Below are positions 1 to 13,859 of a DNA stretch of 64,000 nt, one piece after another. Location of the stretch: NCBI RefSeq assembly GCF_009914755.1, contig NC_060947.1; one strand, written 5' to 3'. Position 1 is the stretch's first letter, and every line of letters starts with the position of its first letter. The notes under the pieces were generated by a model. The model was not told the DNA's origin. It worked only from the letters and a program-made list of their open reading frames with translations, and made no database searches. Made by a program: the position numbers and the translations under genes. This stretch comes from the human T2T-CHM13v2.0 reference genome, Homo sapiens.

Positions 1-320
1 AAAATATAGCAATTCTTCATTGCTGAAAATGTTAAATCCTAGAAAACATAGCATTCCTACATGTGATGTTAACATTGATCTCTAACAGTTGTTGGCTGAA
101 GTTTCATTTCATGAATCCAGTTTTCCTGAAATAGATGACTCTGATGATTCAGGTGATTCTTATGCTAGTTCTGTTTACAAATAACACCAATAACAGTTTT
201 TATATCTTATGTTCACATTGAAAATCAGTCAGACTTGCTTTGGCCTCAAAGAGCGTATTTCTGTAAAATTAAATAAGCACTGACAGAAAGCTGCACTTTT
301 ATTTTCTAAATGGTAAAAGT
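1..320 (+). mobile_element. MER75 piggyBac-family MITE, 3' part (cut by window start)
   Basis: Matches recalled MER75 consensus throughout (AAATCCTAGAAAACRTAGCATTCCTAC ... GAAAATCAGTCAGA ... GCTGCACTTTT); degraded terminal repeat near 308-320. Confidence 0.85.
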
Positions 321-2630
321 AGCGGGTACTAACATATATTTAGGTAGAAAAAAGAAGTTATTATGTTCAATAGCAGGGTAAGGTGACTATATTTAACAAC
401 AATGCAATATCGATAAACTTTTAGCTAGACTTCTCAAGGAAAAAATAAAATTAAAATTAATTTTTAAAACAGAAACATCCAAGTTGTATGTGAGCAGTTT
501 CTTCCTACTTATTGCTGAGTAGTAGATGATATTGGAAACAGACCATGAATTGTTTATCCAGTTAACTGATAATGAATATTTAGCTTATTTCTAGTTCGAT
601 GCTATTAGGAATAATGCTACCATGAATGTTAGCATCAAAGTCTTTCTGTGGACATGTTCTTATTTCTCTTAGGAATTTCTGTCCTAGGTATTTCACTAGG
701 TCATATTGTAAAGGGATAGGTAATTTTATAAGAAATTGGCAAACTGTTTTCCCAAGTGGTTGTGACATTTTTACACTCTCACAAGAAAAATCCGACAGTT
801 CCAGTTTCTCCCCTTCATCACCTACGTATGGTATTTTTAGATCTGTTTGTTTCTTGCTTTCAGACTTTCTAATGATTTAATGATAATCTCATTGTAGTTT
901 TAATTTGCATTTGTACTGATGTGCGTCTTTTCATGCGCTATTGATTATTAATATGACTTCATTTGAGAAATGTCTATTCCAATATTTGCCCATTAAAAAT
1001 TACATTATTGGACTTGAGTTGTGAGAGTTAATTATATTTAGAATACATAAACTTTGTGAGACACATAATTTCATTTGGTTAATTATTCTCTAATGTCTTT
1101 TAACAATGTTTTGTAATTTTCTGTGTACAGGTTTTGCACATAATTTGTTAAATATATAAGTATTTCATTTTTGATGTAACTGTAAATGCTTCGCAATTGA
1201 ATTTTCATTAGGTTTTGGCTTGTATAAATCATACACTTGGTTTCACATATTTCCCTTATTTTCAGTTCCTTGGTTAATGCTCTCATTATTTCCGTGGGCT
1301 TTTTTGAAGAGTCTTTAAGATTTGCTGCATGCACGATAATTACATCTTCAAATAAAGACAGGTTCACTACTTTCTTGCTAGAGTATATAAAATTTCTTTT
1401 TCTTTATTTAGTTAATGGCTTGAACACCCAGTGCCATGTTAAAGAAAAATGGGTCTTAGAGGAAGAGCATTCAGTTTTTCATCAATAATTATGAAGTTAG
1501 CTGTCCTTTTTCTTTGTAGATGTCTTTTTGAGGTTAATTAATTCATTTTCTATTCCTAGTTTGCTGAAGTCTGTTTTTATAACTGTGTTTGTCACATTTT
1601 TTTCTGCGTCCTTTGAAATTTTTTTCTTATTCTGTAAATATGGTGACTTGCATTAATTTATTTTTTTTAGTACTGAATCTTCTTTCCATTCCTGGGATAA
1701 AGCTCAATTGGTCCTTATTTATCATGTATTTTATATATATTACCTGGTTTAATTTTCTAAAATTTCTGTCAAGGATTTCTGCATTTACGTTTATGAGAGA
1801 TATTGGTAATGTCTTTTCTGGTTTTAATAGCAGAATAATGTGTGTTTCATAAGATGAATTGGAAGATGTTCCTTCCTTTTCATTTTTTGGAAGAGTTTAT
1901 GTAGTATTGGTTTTATTTCTTTATTATAAATTTGGTAGAATTTACCAGTGAAACTGACTGGTTTCAGAGTTTTTCTTGTGGTGAGCTATTAATAATTAAT
2001 TCCATTTTCTTAATAGATTTGGCCTATTCATCTTTTCCATTTCGTACCGTATCCGTTTCAGTTACATATTTCAAGAATTTACCATTTTTCTTCAAGATTT
2101 TATATTGGTTTACTCAAAGTCCTTCATAGTATTTCCTTATTATGTTTTTAAAGTTTGTAGAATCTGTAATAATTTATATTATAAAATCCCTGACATTGTT
2201 AAATTCTGTCTTTTTTTCCTTGAGAGGTCTAGCTAAAAGTGTTATCAATTTTATGAATCTTTACTAAAGAATCATCTTTTGGTTTCATTGATTTTCTTGT
2301 TTCCTTCTTTTTCTATTTTGATTATTTCTTTTTATATTGTTACTTTCACTCTTTTACTTAGCTTTTGTTTAACTTTTAGTTTTTTTTTTCTTTTTTCTAG
2401 CTTCTTCAATGGGAAACTTAGGTTTGGGAAACTTTCTTATTTTATAAGATTATTTAAAGCTTTAAGTTTCCCTGTAAGCATTAAGCTTTAGCTGAAAACT
2501 ACCACTTTTATACTGTGTTTTAATTTTCATTCAGTCAACATATTTTTCTACTTCCCTTGCAATTATTTTTTTCTTCTTCCTGTGGACTATTTAGAAATGT
2601 GCTTTAAATTCCAAATAGGGGATTACTAGT

Positions 2631-2665
2631 TGTGTGTGTGTGTGTATGTGTGTGTGTGCATGTGT
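2631..2665. repeat. (TG)n microsatellite
   Basis: Direct reading. Confidence 0.95.
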
Positions 2666-3239
2666 TTCAATTTTAACTCCACCATGCTCAGACTTCAATC
2701 ATTTTAAATTTATGGGGACTTATTTCTCAGCTCGGCATGTGGTGAATCTTAATGAATGCCTTCTGGGCACTTAAAAATAATGTATTTTATCATTATGGAA
2801 TATAGAGTTCTATAAATGTCACCTATGTTAATATTGCTGCTCATAGATGCTATATTCTTGTTGATTTTCTACCTACTTGTTCTAGCATTTACTGACTGGG
2901 GAGTCTTGGAATCTCTAAATGTAATTGTGGGTTTATCTATTTCTCCTTGCAGTTCTGTCAGTTTTTTTTTTTTTTAATGTGTGTGTGCTGAAGTTCTTGT
3001 ATTACCAAGTGCATACACACTCACAATTGTTATAATAGATTGACTCTTGTTTCCTTTTGAAATTCCCCTCTTTATCTTTGCTAATAGTTCTTGGCCTGAA
3101 GTGTACTTTGTCTGAGATTAATATTGTTTCTTTGCTTTTCTACAATTAACACTTAAATCACATGCTTTTTTTCTGTTGTTTTCTTTTAACCCCTTGTGAG
3201 ATTTTGTTTTTAAATTGTATTTCTTGTAGAATGTAATTA

Positions 3240-3289
3240 GTAACAAGCCTGCACATGTACCCCTGAAACTAAAATACAAGTTTAAAAAA
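3240..3289 (+). mobile_element. Very short 5'-truncated L1PA 3' end (~50 bp)
   Basis: GTAACAAGCCTGCACATGTACCCCTGAA plus A-tail; TSD AGAATGTAATTA at 3228-3239 and 3290-3301. Confidence 0.85.
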
Positions 3290-3561
3290 AGAATGTAATT
3301 ACTTCTTTTGTGTGTGCGTGTCCTGTCTGATCATCTGTGGTTTTATTGGCATGCTTATTTTCAGTAATAAAATCATGAATATGGTTGGATGCAACTCTAC
3401 TCTCTTGCTATTTTTTTTTTAAATTCATCTTATTTGTTCTCCGTTTCTCCTCAGCTTTTCTGCCTTCTTTTAGATTCAGTGTTTAAATTTGCCATTTTAT
3501 CTCTCTATTGCCTTATGAGTGATTCTTTCTACTTTATTTATTTTTGGGGACTTCTCTAGGG

Positions 3562-5100
<1,539 letters not shown>

Positions 5101-5134
5101 AAAATCACCTGGCAGTCTAATATCAAATTCATGG

Positions 5135-5763
5135 TATTACTGGAAAGGGGTCCTGATCTAGACCCCAAGAGAGGGTTCTTGAATTTCACACAAGAAAGAA
5201 TTCACATGAATCCATAGAGTAAAGCGAAAGTAAGTTTATTAAGAAAGTAAAGGGATAAAAAGAATGGCTACTCCATAGACAGAGCAGTGGCATGGGCTGC
5301 TTGACTGAGTATACTTACAGTTATTTCTTGATTATAGGCTATACAAGGGGTGGATTATTCATGAGTTTTCCAGGAAAGGGGTGGGCAATTCCTGGAACTG
5401 AGTTCCTCCCCTTTTACACCACATAGAGTAACTTCCGGACATTGCCATGGCATTTGTAAACTGTCCTGGTGCTGATGAAAGTGTCTTTCAGCAGCTAATG
5501 CATTATAACTAGCGCATAATGAGCAGTGAGCACAACCAGAGTCACTTTCCTCCCATCTTGGTTTTGGTGGGTTCTGGCCAGCTTCTTTACTGCAACCTGT
5601 TTTATCAGCAAGGTCTTTGTGCCCTGTATCTTGTGCTGACCTCCTATCTCATCCTGTGACTAAGAATGCCTAACCTCCTGGGAATGCAGCCCAGCAGGTC
5701 TCAGCCTCATTTCACCCAGCCCCCTGTTCAAGATGGAGTCTCTCTGTTCAAAGGCCTCTGACA
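5135..5763 (-). mobile_element. MER41B solo LTR (ERV1)
   Basis: Minus strand begins TGTCAGAGGCCTTTGAACAGAGAGACTCCATCTTGAAC and ends GGACCCCTTTCCAGTAATA, as in recalled MER41B consensus; 4-bp near-TSD ATGG/ATGA. Confidence 0.9.
5368..5397. promoter_or_regulatory. Tandem GAS (STAT1-type) motifs within MER41B
   Basis: TTCCAGGAA at 5368-5376 and TTCCTGGAA at 5389-5397, both matching TTCN3GAA. Confidence 0.65.
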
Positions 5764-6452
5764 ATGAGGGCAGAGATCAAGGAGAGATCACACCCGGGCA
5801 GGGTTGGGTCTACAGCTCTTTGTTATTTTTCCAGTGTCCCAAATGGAGCTCTGGACAAAGAAGGTTTCAAAACACAGATATTGCGTGGGGTTTCCTGACA
5901 TTATTGGGAATCCTCAGTCACTCGGATGTATGAAACCAACTTACTGTAATATTAAAGCAAAAGCAAACAACAGAAACTGAATGAAAACCTTGCAATCTGT
6001 CAATCTTCTCTAAGTTTTCACTCCTTAACAGGACACAGAACCTAGAGTCCTCTGGTCATTACTCCCCCCCTACACCCCCGACAATTAACCCGTGAATGTT
6101 GAGCACATTCTCACCTGGTTACTCTGTTTCATTAATTTCCTCCATTGTTTTGTTAAACACTCCTGCAAACAAACAAACTCTCCCTTTTTCTTAAAAATGC
6201 CAGAGACATCTACCTGATTTATCATTGGAATGACTTTCTCTCTGAAAATAACTGGTTTTTTTTTTTTTTTTTTCACTCTGGTTATTCTCTCGCATTTCTA
6301 ACTATTGGTCCAGGAACTTGAGTCTATATTTTCTTTGTAATGGCATTTGTCAGACCATGACTCTTGTAGCCTCTTCTAAAATCTCCACTATTCTAAAATT
6401 GAACATTTGGCCATATAACCATCTACACATCCTTTCCACCATTTTATCCACC

Positions 6453-6874
6453 AATACTCTTTCAATGGTGTTAACTTCGAATCGGTGAATCTCCAATACC
6501 ATTAGAAAGGTGCTGCATCTCATGGGAAATTGTCTGGGGACTTCACTGAAAATCTCTCTTTTGCATTTTGTAAAATAATTGTTTAGTGTCTTTCTCATAC
6601 TTTTCTAACCAAATATTTTCATAGCCAAAATAATGATTTATTTCTTCCATTTTTCTATCTCTGTGTATGTGTGTGAGAGAAAAATGTGGACACAAATTGA
6701 AGCCATTATATAAGTGGCTGTTGTCATATGCTCAGACCCTGTGAAAAATCATTACACATTGTTTAAGCATTTGTTTCAGATTTCAGATGACTGATTCTAT
6801 TGATCTTCTTTGACTATTGAAAAAAAAACACTTATAGTTAAATTCATTTTGGATTTACTAAAAGCATCTTTTAA
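6453..6874 (-). mobile_element. Inverted copy of Charlie1 internal segment, part 1
   Basis: Reverse complement aligns by eye with about 4261-4684 (e.g. TACAAAATGCAAAAGAGAGA, AAGTCCCCAGACAA, CACCTTTCTAATG). Confidence 0.85.
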
Positions 6875-7580
6875 GAGATACCATCTAACGCCAGTCAGAA
6901 TGGCTATTAATAAAAAGTCAAAAAATAAGAGATGCTGGCAAGGTTGTGGAGGAAAAGGAACGCTTATACACTGTTGATGGGAGTGTAAATTAGTTCAACC
7001 ATTGTGGAAGACAGTGTGACAATTCTTCAAAGACCTAAAGCCAGAAATACCATTCAACCCAGCAATTCCATTACTGGGTATATACCCAAAGGAATATAAA
7101 TCATTCTATTATAAAGACACATGCACATGCATGTTCACTGCAGCACTATTCACAATAACAGAGACATGGAATCAGCCTAAATGCCCATCAGCGATAGACT
7201 AGATAAAGAAAATATGGTACATATGCACCATGGAATACTATGCAGCCATAAAAAAGAATGAGATCAAGTTCTTTGCAGTGACATGGTTGGAGCTGGAGGC
7301 TATTATCCTAAGCAAACTAATGCAGGAACAGAAAGCCAAATACTGCATGTTCTCACTTATAAGTGGAAGCTAAATGATGAGAACACATGGACACACAGAG
7401 GGGACCAACATACATTGGAGCCTTTTGGAGGGTAGAGGGTGGGAGGAGGAAGAGGATCTGGAAAATAATTAATGAGTATTAGGCTTAATACCTGAGTGAT
7501 GAAATAATTGTTTCAACAAACACCCATGACACAAGTTTACCTATGCACTTGTACCCTGGAACTTAAATGTTTTTTAAAAA
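6875..7580 (+). mobile_element. 5'-truncated primate L1 (older L1PA-type) 3' end
   Basis: GAGATACCATCT...CCAGTCAGAATGGCTATT, CCCAGCAATTCCATTACTGGGTATATACCCAAAGG, L1 3'UTR; splits the inverted Charlie1 copy. Confidence 0.92.
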
Positions 7581-7725
7581 ATTCCAGTTTACTGTCATTT
7601 AATTTTTTTACAGCAAAAAAACAACTATTGTTTTTTCCTATCACAGAAAATTTCAAGTGACATTCAGGAAATTTACAATGTGCCTTCTTTAGATCTCTTT
7701 GTCCCTTGCCATTTTGGTCTTCATT
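7581..7725 (-). mobile_element. Inverted copy of Charlie1 internal segment, part 2
   Basis: Reverse complement aligns with about 4108-4255 (shared TCCTGAATGTCACTTGAAATTTTCTGTGA). Confidence 0.85.
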
Positions 7726-8457
7726 CCAGCTTTTGCTAAACCCTAGCTCCAGGTTTCGTGAACAACCATCACAGTAGGTCCTCCATGTTTCTTTCCTGGT
7801 GAGCTCACCTTTGTGTCCCTCTGAAGCCACCTAGAATCCTTTCATCTTGCAATGACTAAGTCTAGACTTCTTGTTCTTCATCTTCCAGAAATTTGACATT
7901 TGCAGTCCACAGACCCAAGCATTCACACTGTCTAGGAAACTGATGCATGTGTCAGAAATAAAGCATGTCAGACTCCACCTGCAAACCTACTTCTCTGGGA
8001 TATCCCCCTACCAGGGGTTGATTTAGTTGGTCGTCAACAATCTCTGGCATTCTTTCTCCTTTCACAACTTTGCACATCTTTCCAGTGTGCATCCGAAATT
8101 GAGAAACCAGAGCCCAAACCACCAAACATACTTGTCCTAGGTTCCATTGCTTCTCAGAGAGTCTCCCTACTGGAAAGGCGTCTTAGACATATCTTCTCAT
8201 GAGGTTAAATGTCAGTCCTGAAGTTGGTATAAATGAATCACTAACTTTAAAATATCTGGAACTGTTGCAGATCATGAAGTTTTGTTCAAGCAATCCTATA
8301 ACTACCTCTACTAGGCAGCTGCCAATTCTCTTCATAAACACAACCAACCTTCACCTTGAATTCAGGCTTGATAAGGGATTTGCACTGAACTCCTCTTCAA
8401 TCAGTAGAGTAGTTCTTTGCTGAATACAGTAAACCTGTCAACACTGAAAATGTTCTA

Positions 8458-8660
8458 CAAAGAAGGAAATGACAGATACTGGGGTCTACTTGTGGGGGAA
8501 GGATGGGAGGAGGGAGAGGAATAGGAAAGATAACTATTGGGTACTGGGCTTAAAACCAGGGTGATGAAATAATCTGCACGACAAACACCTGTGACACATG
8601 TTTACTGATGTAACAAACCTTCCCATGTACCCCCAAACCTAAAATAAAAGTCGAAAAAAA
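8458..8660 (+). mobile_element. Short L1PA 3'UTR insertion
   Basis: L1 3'UTR motifs; TSD GAAAATGTTCTA at 8446-8457 and 8661-8672. Confidence 0.9.
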
Positions 8661-8718
8661 GAAAATGTTCTATTACTTTAAGAAAAAACTCTGATTTCAA
8701 CTTATCGTTACATTTTAA

Positions 8719-8811
8719 TAATACTATTAAATTTATTTATAAATAAATATTAAAAGTAATACTATTAAATTTATTTATAAATAAATAGTATTAAAAATAA
8801 TACTATTAAAT
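8719..8811. repeat. AT-rich 38-41 bp tandem repeat (~2.3 copies) with internal perfect palindromes
   Basis: Units start at 8719, 8757 and 8798 (TAATACTATTAAAT...); palindrome ATTTATTTATAAATAAAT at 8731-8748 and 8769-8786. Confidence 0.9.
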
Positions 8812-8906
8812 ATTCCAGTACTCACAGTCTGTTTAGTTGTGAGAAAACGACTTTGTTTAAAGTGCTTGGTATTTCTTCAAATGTTACACATAACTAAGAT
8901 TTAAAT

Positions 8907-9413
8907 CAGCAGCCCCCAACCTTTTTGGCACCAGGGATTGGTTTAGTGGAAGACAATTTTTCCACAGACAGTGGTGGCGGGATTGTGGGGGATGGTTTTG
9001 GGATGATTCAAGCACATTACATCTATTGGACACTGATTTCTATTTTTATTCCATTGTAATATATAATTAAATAATTATACGACTCACCATCATGTAGAAT
9101 CAGTGGGAGCCCTGAGCTTGTTTTCATGCAACTAGACAGTCCCATCTGGGGGCGATGGGAGACAGTGACAGATCATCAGGCATTAGATTCTCATAAGGAG
9201 CATGCAATTTAGATATCTCGCATGCACAGTTCACAATAGAGTTCTTGCTCCTATGAGAATCATGCCGCTGCTGATCTGACAGGAGGCAGAGCTCAGGCAG
9301 TGATGAGAGAGATGGGGAGTGGCTATAAATACAGATGAAGCTTTGCTTGCTCAACCATGGCTCACAGGCCATGGACGAGTAGTGGTCCATGGCCCAGGGG
9401 CCGGGGACCCCTG
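8907..9413. mobile_element. MER1A hAT-Charlie MITE, near full length
   Basis: CCCAACCTTTTTGGCACCAGGGA...GGGGACCCCTG; 8-bp TSD ATTTAAAT/ATTTAAAG. Confidence 0.9.
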
Positions 9414-10433
9414 ATTTAAAGCATCCCTGTATCTTAGATAATGTGCAAATAGCACATGTCTAAGGTTTGGTTCTCAAGCAACAGGACCTGGGCTGAGTAT
9501 TCTTGTTTGGTGAGGTACTGAGCAAATGCTTTCAGGAGAAACCCATAAAAAGCAAAGAAAAGCAGGTGGAGAAGACCAGGAGTCCTCAGTTTGATCCTAC
9601 AGGGAGCTGTACAGTCTAAGTGGTCCCAGAGGGTATTCCTCACCCAGAGCAAATGAAGCAGAGCTGCATTGGTCAGGTGTTTGCTAGCAGTTAACTTAGG
9701 ATGTGTGCAGGAATATCAACTCCCAGTCATCTCCAGGTGAGGTAGAAGCAAATAAATGGTTCTTTGAAAAAGAGTGCAGGTATGAATTTATAGCAGCAAC
9801 AGCACAGCATCTCTATAAAGAGGATTTGCATGGAGAACCCAGTATGTAGTAGCATGAAAACAGTCTATTTTCAGCCTCTCTTTTCTGTGGTCGATAAAAC
9901 TCTACCTGTACACAGGCTCTTGACTTACTCTGGAATAAAATGCCATTTACTCCCCACAGTTTCTCTTCCTCCAGGCTACTCTACTGCTTTCTTCCTATTT
10001 CTTCACTTGTTACTTCGAGTTTGTCACAAGCAATTAATTTCTGTCTCTGAAAGTAACCCTGTTTAATTCACCAAGGAGCCATGGCTCTTCACAGCATTTT
10101 AGCCTTACAATTAGAGCATAGTTATTTAATGGGTTTATAATCTGCTTCCTCTCAAGAAGAAGAAAAATCAGGATGAAAACCTCCTGCAACTATTCATGGT
10201 ATTTTTAAGAGGCTCGGGGAAAGAAAAGCTACCATAGAAATACAGATTGGCTAATGGGTGTCTTTAATTATATATAACACATAAATATATATAAATATAT
10301 AAACATATATATATATATTTTTTTTACAACCGAAACCTCCAGTGTCCATTTATATCTTCTCTCTTTTATCCCCCAAAAAAGAATATAGAAGAAAAAGTTT
10401 TGACAATTGATATTTGATTTCAAGGTTTTATTT

Positions 10434-10730
10434 GACCAGGTGTGGTGGCTCACTCCTGTAATCCCAGCACTTTGGGAGGCCCAGTCAGGCAGAAGACTTG
10501 ATGTCAGGAGTTTGAGACCAGCCTGGCCAACATGGTGAAACCCTATCTCTACTAAAAATACAAGAATTAGCCAGGGCGTTGTGGCACACACCCATAGTCC
10601 CAGATACTCAGGAGGCTGAAGCAGGAGAATTGCTTGAACCCAAGGGGCGGAAGTTGTAGTGAACCGAGATCGTGTCACTACACTCCAGCCTGGGCGACAG
10701 AGCAAGACTCCATCTGAAAAAGAAAAACAA
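10434..10730 (+). mobile_element. Alu (AluS-type)
   Basis: Full dimeric Alu. Confidence 0.95.
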
Positions 10731-10964
10731 AATTTAAATTAATTTATTCACCTTCACTCTGGGCTTTTTTCCATGTAAGTAATGTCTCTTCATTCTTTTT
10801 ATTTAAAATCTGCTCTGTCTTCATGTTTAGGAAACCCTCCAATGACATATATTCCTCGTTTTATGTTTATACTCACTTTCCACATAGAGCAACAGATTTG
10901 ATTTGCAATTCTACCTATTTAAATTGCAGGTTACTATGAAAGTTAGACCAGACTAGACATTCTC

Positions 10965-11110
10965 AGACTTTGCAGCATGTAAGAATAAACTGGGTGAACA
11001 TTTTGCTTGCAGATTCTGTGATCTCATGTCGAGGAAAACTGGTTCTATCAGTTTGGGTAGGAACAAGGATGGGTCTATTTAACAGATAGTCCCAGGTGAT
11101 TGTGCAGCGA
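10965..11110. mobile_element. MER5-like hAT MITE, degraded
   Basis: GCAGATTCTG...TTTAACA...CCCAGGTGATT pattern typical of MER5. Confidence 0.45.
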
Positions 11111-11559
11111 GTTGCCCATGGTGCAAATACTAAGACTTGCTGTGAGGTGATCAGTCCTAGGAAGACAAAGGATCGTCTAACTTGTTTGCATTTTCTTAGT
11201 TGCATCAATGGATGCTAAAATAACTTTTTTTTTCCCGTAAACTGACCACGGATAATCAATGGTTCCCTCATTTTTATGAAATCATACAGAGCAAAACAGT
11301 AAAAGCCTTTCATTTCCCATTTGAAAGTAAGAGTCTGGGTCAGGTTCTCCTGCCCTGATAAACGTGTGGCCTGCCTACCTTTACTACATTCCACATTTTC
11401 TGAATGTTATGGGATTTGTGCTTTGCATAGTGTTTCACTAAATGATAATGTGTCTTGTTGCTTTCCAAACTTTTCATGTTTCAGCCTTATTATCTTCAGT
11501 ACTGTATTTTGTTTTACTGACAGCCCACTCATGGATAACTTGCTTACACCCCCCCCACC

Positions 11560-11835
11560 CCACCCATGTGACCAGGTGAACTCCTATTCATCCCTCAAAA
11601 ACCTGAATAGCTAGTACCATCTCTGGAAAGTTTTTTTCTTATACATATCTATTCATCCATCCTTGTGTACCTCTTTTTTTTTTTTTTTTTTTTTTTTTTG
11701 CCTCTGTACTGTCTCTATACTTTAAGTACTTCCATGTCTGCACACACTCATTCTCCCTCTTAGACTGCAAGAGATGTTGGAGGGGACATTAGAATATTGC
11801 CTGGAACATGGTAGGGACATACATTTTTAGTTGAA
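11560..11835 (+). mobile_element. L2 3' fragment with embedded poly(T)
   Basis: TAGACTGCAAG and TGCCTGGAACATGGTAGG...TTGAAT resemble the L2 3' end. Confidence 0.45.
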
Positions 11836-11863
11836 TTTATCTAAATCGTCATGCAGTAAACTG

Positions 11864-12100
11864 TTTTCAGACATTGCCAAATGTCCCCCTCCCCCCCGGG
11901 GTAAAATCACTCCCAGTGGGGGACATTTGACAATGTCTGAAAAGAGTTTTGGCTGTCACAGTTGGGAGAGTGGACACTACTGGGGTCCCATGTGTAGAGA
12001 CCATGGGGTGATGTTAAAAGTCCTACAATGCACAGGACGGTCCCCATAGCAAACAATCATTGGGTCCAAACTGTCAATTGGGCCAAGGTGAGAAACCCTA
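11864..12100 (+). mobile_element. MER20 hAT MITE with fold-back 5' end
   Basis: GGGGACATTTGACAATGTCTG...CCTACAATGCACAGGAC...GGTGAGAAACCCT, preceded by an inverted copy of its own 5' part. Confidence 0.85.
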
Positions 12101-12964
12101 ATTGTATTGTGTGCTTTCTGATGGAAAGCGCTACACAACTTATAAGTTACATTACAAGTCATATAATTTGAGATTTTTGCAAAGCAGTTAATTATACACC
12201 CAGAGTGGTGGCCAGACAATATGGCAAAGTCAATCTTATTAAATGAGTTGATGCTTGGTGATAGATTGATCAATTGCATAATTGAAGAGTTATTTTTTTT
12301 TTGTAAAAATTTTATGTGAGGTTTTGAAGACATATGTGGGCTATGTGCTAGAAAAATCTCATCCACTGCCTTCATTTCCAAAATAAAAACATGGTGAATT
12401 TTGTCTGATTTAGTTCATTCCTCCCTCACAGTCTTATGTCATGTTAGAAACAAATCCAAGGATATTTCTTCCATATGCCATATTCTCACCCACTTGAGTG
12501 AGAAGAATAGTACAAAATTTTTCCTTGTGTTTTTTTCTGTTGTGTGGGGTTTTTGTTTGTTTATTTGTTTGTTTGTTGTTGTTGTTTTGCTTTTGTTGAC
12601 TCTAGATCCTTTCTGTCAAAGTGAAGAATGGGCCAAAAGGGAAAATACAGCAAGTATTTCCATGGAACAACCTCAGGGCTGTGTTGGAAATGGGAGAAGT
12701 CTGCCATTATGGTGATATAGTTCTACATTCCTCACGGAACAACACGGGCAAAAGTAATTTGTGTTTATTTATCCTGCCGTTATTCACAAAATTTGAAACA
12801 CTTGTAACATGTAAAACTTGAGCTACACCAATTGCCGAGAGATGTATACATCCAGACTTCTAATATGCTTGAAGGTAAGCAGGTGATGTGTGTGACTAAG
12901 AGAGGACCCATCTCAGCTGTCACAAATCATACAGATCAGAGAAAGAATGAGAGACTCAATCCTT

Positions 12965-13840
12965 ATATTAAATTCAGTGTGCTGATGAGAGAGGATACCT
13001 AATCTAGTCTGGTGGGTCAAAGAAGTTTTGCAGAAATGAGGGATGAAGAAACAGCATGCAGAAAAGGTGGAGTGTAGCCTTGAGTAGAAGTTGAGTGTGA
13101 GAAAATAGCCAAGCTGTTATTAAACAATAAGACATGTTCTTCTGTGAGAGAAAGCTCAACATGTTTTAAGGGCAAAATCAGGCAAAATCATGTCCCATAT
13201 GGCTGGTGCTTAGCATGAGAGAGAGGTAGGAGAGAGCAAGAGGGATAATTATGAGATGGGAGCAGCAGACAGAGGACTTTGTTGTGGCCCAGCAGATCCA
13301 ATAAGGTATTTATAATTCATATGAAAAGCAATGTGGACATTTTTAGCCTGGGGGTGGTGAGATTCGTGTTCTGTTTTGGAAGGATAACTCTGGATACATA
13401 GTGTTGTCTGGTTTGGAAGGGAAGCAAGATGGTACCAATGAGAAAAGAGTGGATGCTCTTTTTAGCATCAACCAGGCTTCCTCTGATCTTTGCAGCCTTC
13501 TTGTAGTGGTAATGGAGACACGGTAGTGGTTTGGGTGCATGTGTATCATGGGTGGGCAGGGTTGGAAATGGGTGCGTTCAACTGGTATTTACCAAATGGA
13601 ATTGACAGGACATGCTGACACACAGGATCTCAGAGGAGGGAAGAGAGCAGAGTCCAGGATTAATCTTGTGTGCTTTTTGCTTGGAAAGGGATAGTGAAGA
13701 CATGAATTGAGACAATGGACACTGGAGTGGCAATGATCACTAGTGATATGCTGGCAAAGAGATGATGCACTTGGTCATGATGAGTTAAAGGTGATGAAGG
13801 CAACCAAGTTAGGATGTCCTCCAGATGGTGGAAAAAGAGA
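12965..13840 (-). mobile_element. L2 fragment
   Basis: Purine-rich antisense L2 pattern (TTTTGGAAGGATAACTCTGG, GAATTGACAGGACATGCTGA, TGCACTTGGTCATGATGAGTT). Confidence 0.55.
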
Positions 13841-13859
13841 TTTTTAAAATGTTGTGTGG

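Larger units (their letters stand above)
485..3545 (-). mobile_element. Old fragmented LINE-1 (L1M-type), antisense ORF2/3' region
   Basis: Antisense L1 motifs: CAAACTGTTTTCCCAAGTGGTTGT, TCTCATTGTAGTTTTAATTTGCATT, TTCCTAGTTTGCTGA, GGTAGAATTTACCAGTGAAAC; T-rich strand bias. Confidence 0.75.

Noticed and set aside
6350-6598. 82-aa ORF as a domesticated transposase fragment
   Set aside because: Short, runs out of the decayed Charlie1 copy into unrelated DNA, and the sister arm has indels in the same stretch.
9367-9394. GGCCATGGAC/GTCCATGGCC hairpin
   Set aside because: An intrinsic palindrome of the MER1 subterminal region.
10268-10705. 145-aa ORF and similar ORFs at 40424, 40511, 45784 and 47907
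   Set aside because: Typical Alu-derived translations ([17 protein letters not shown] motifs).
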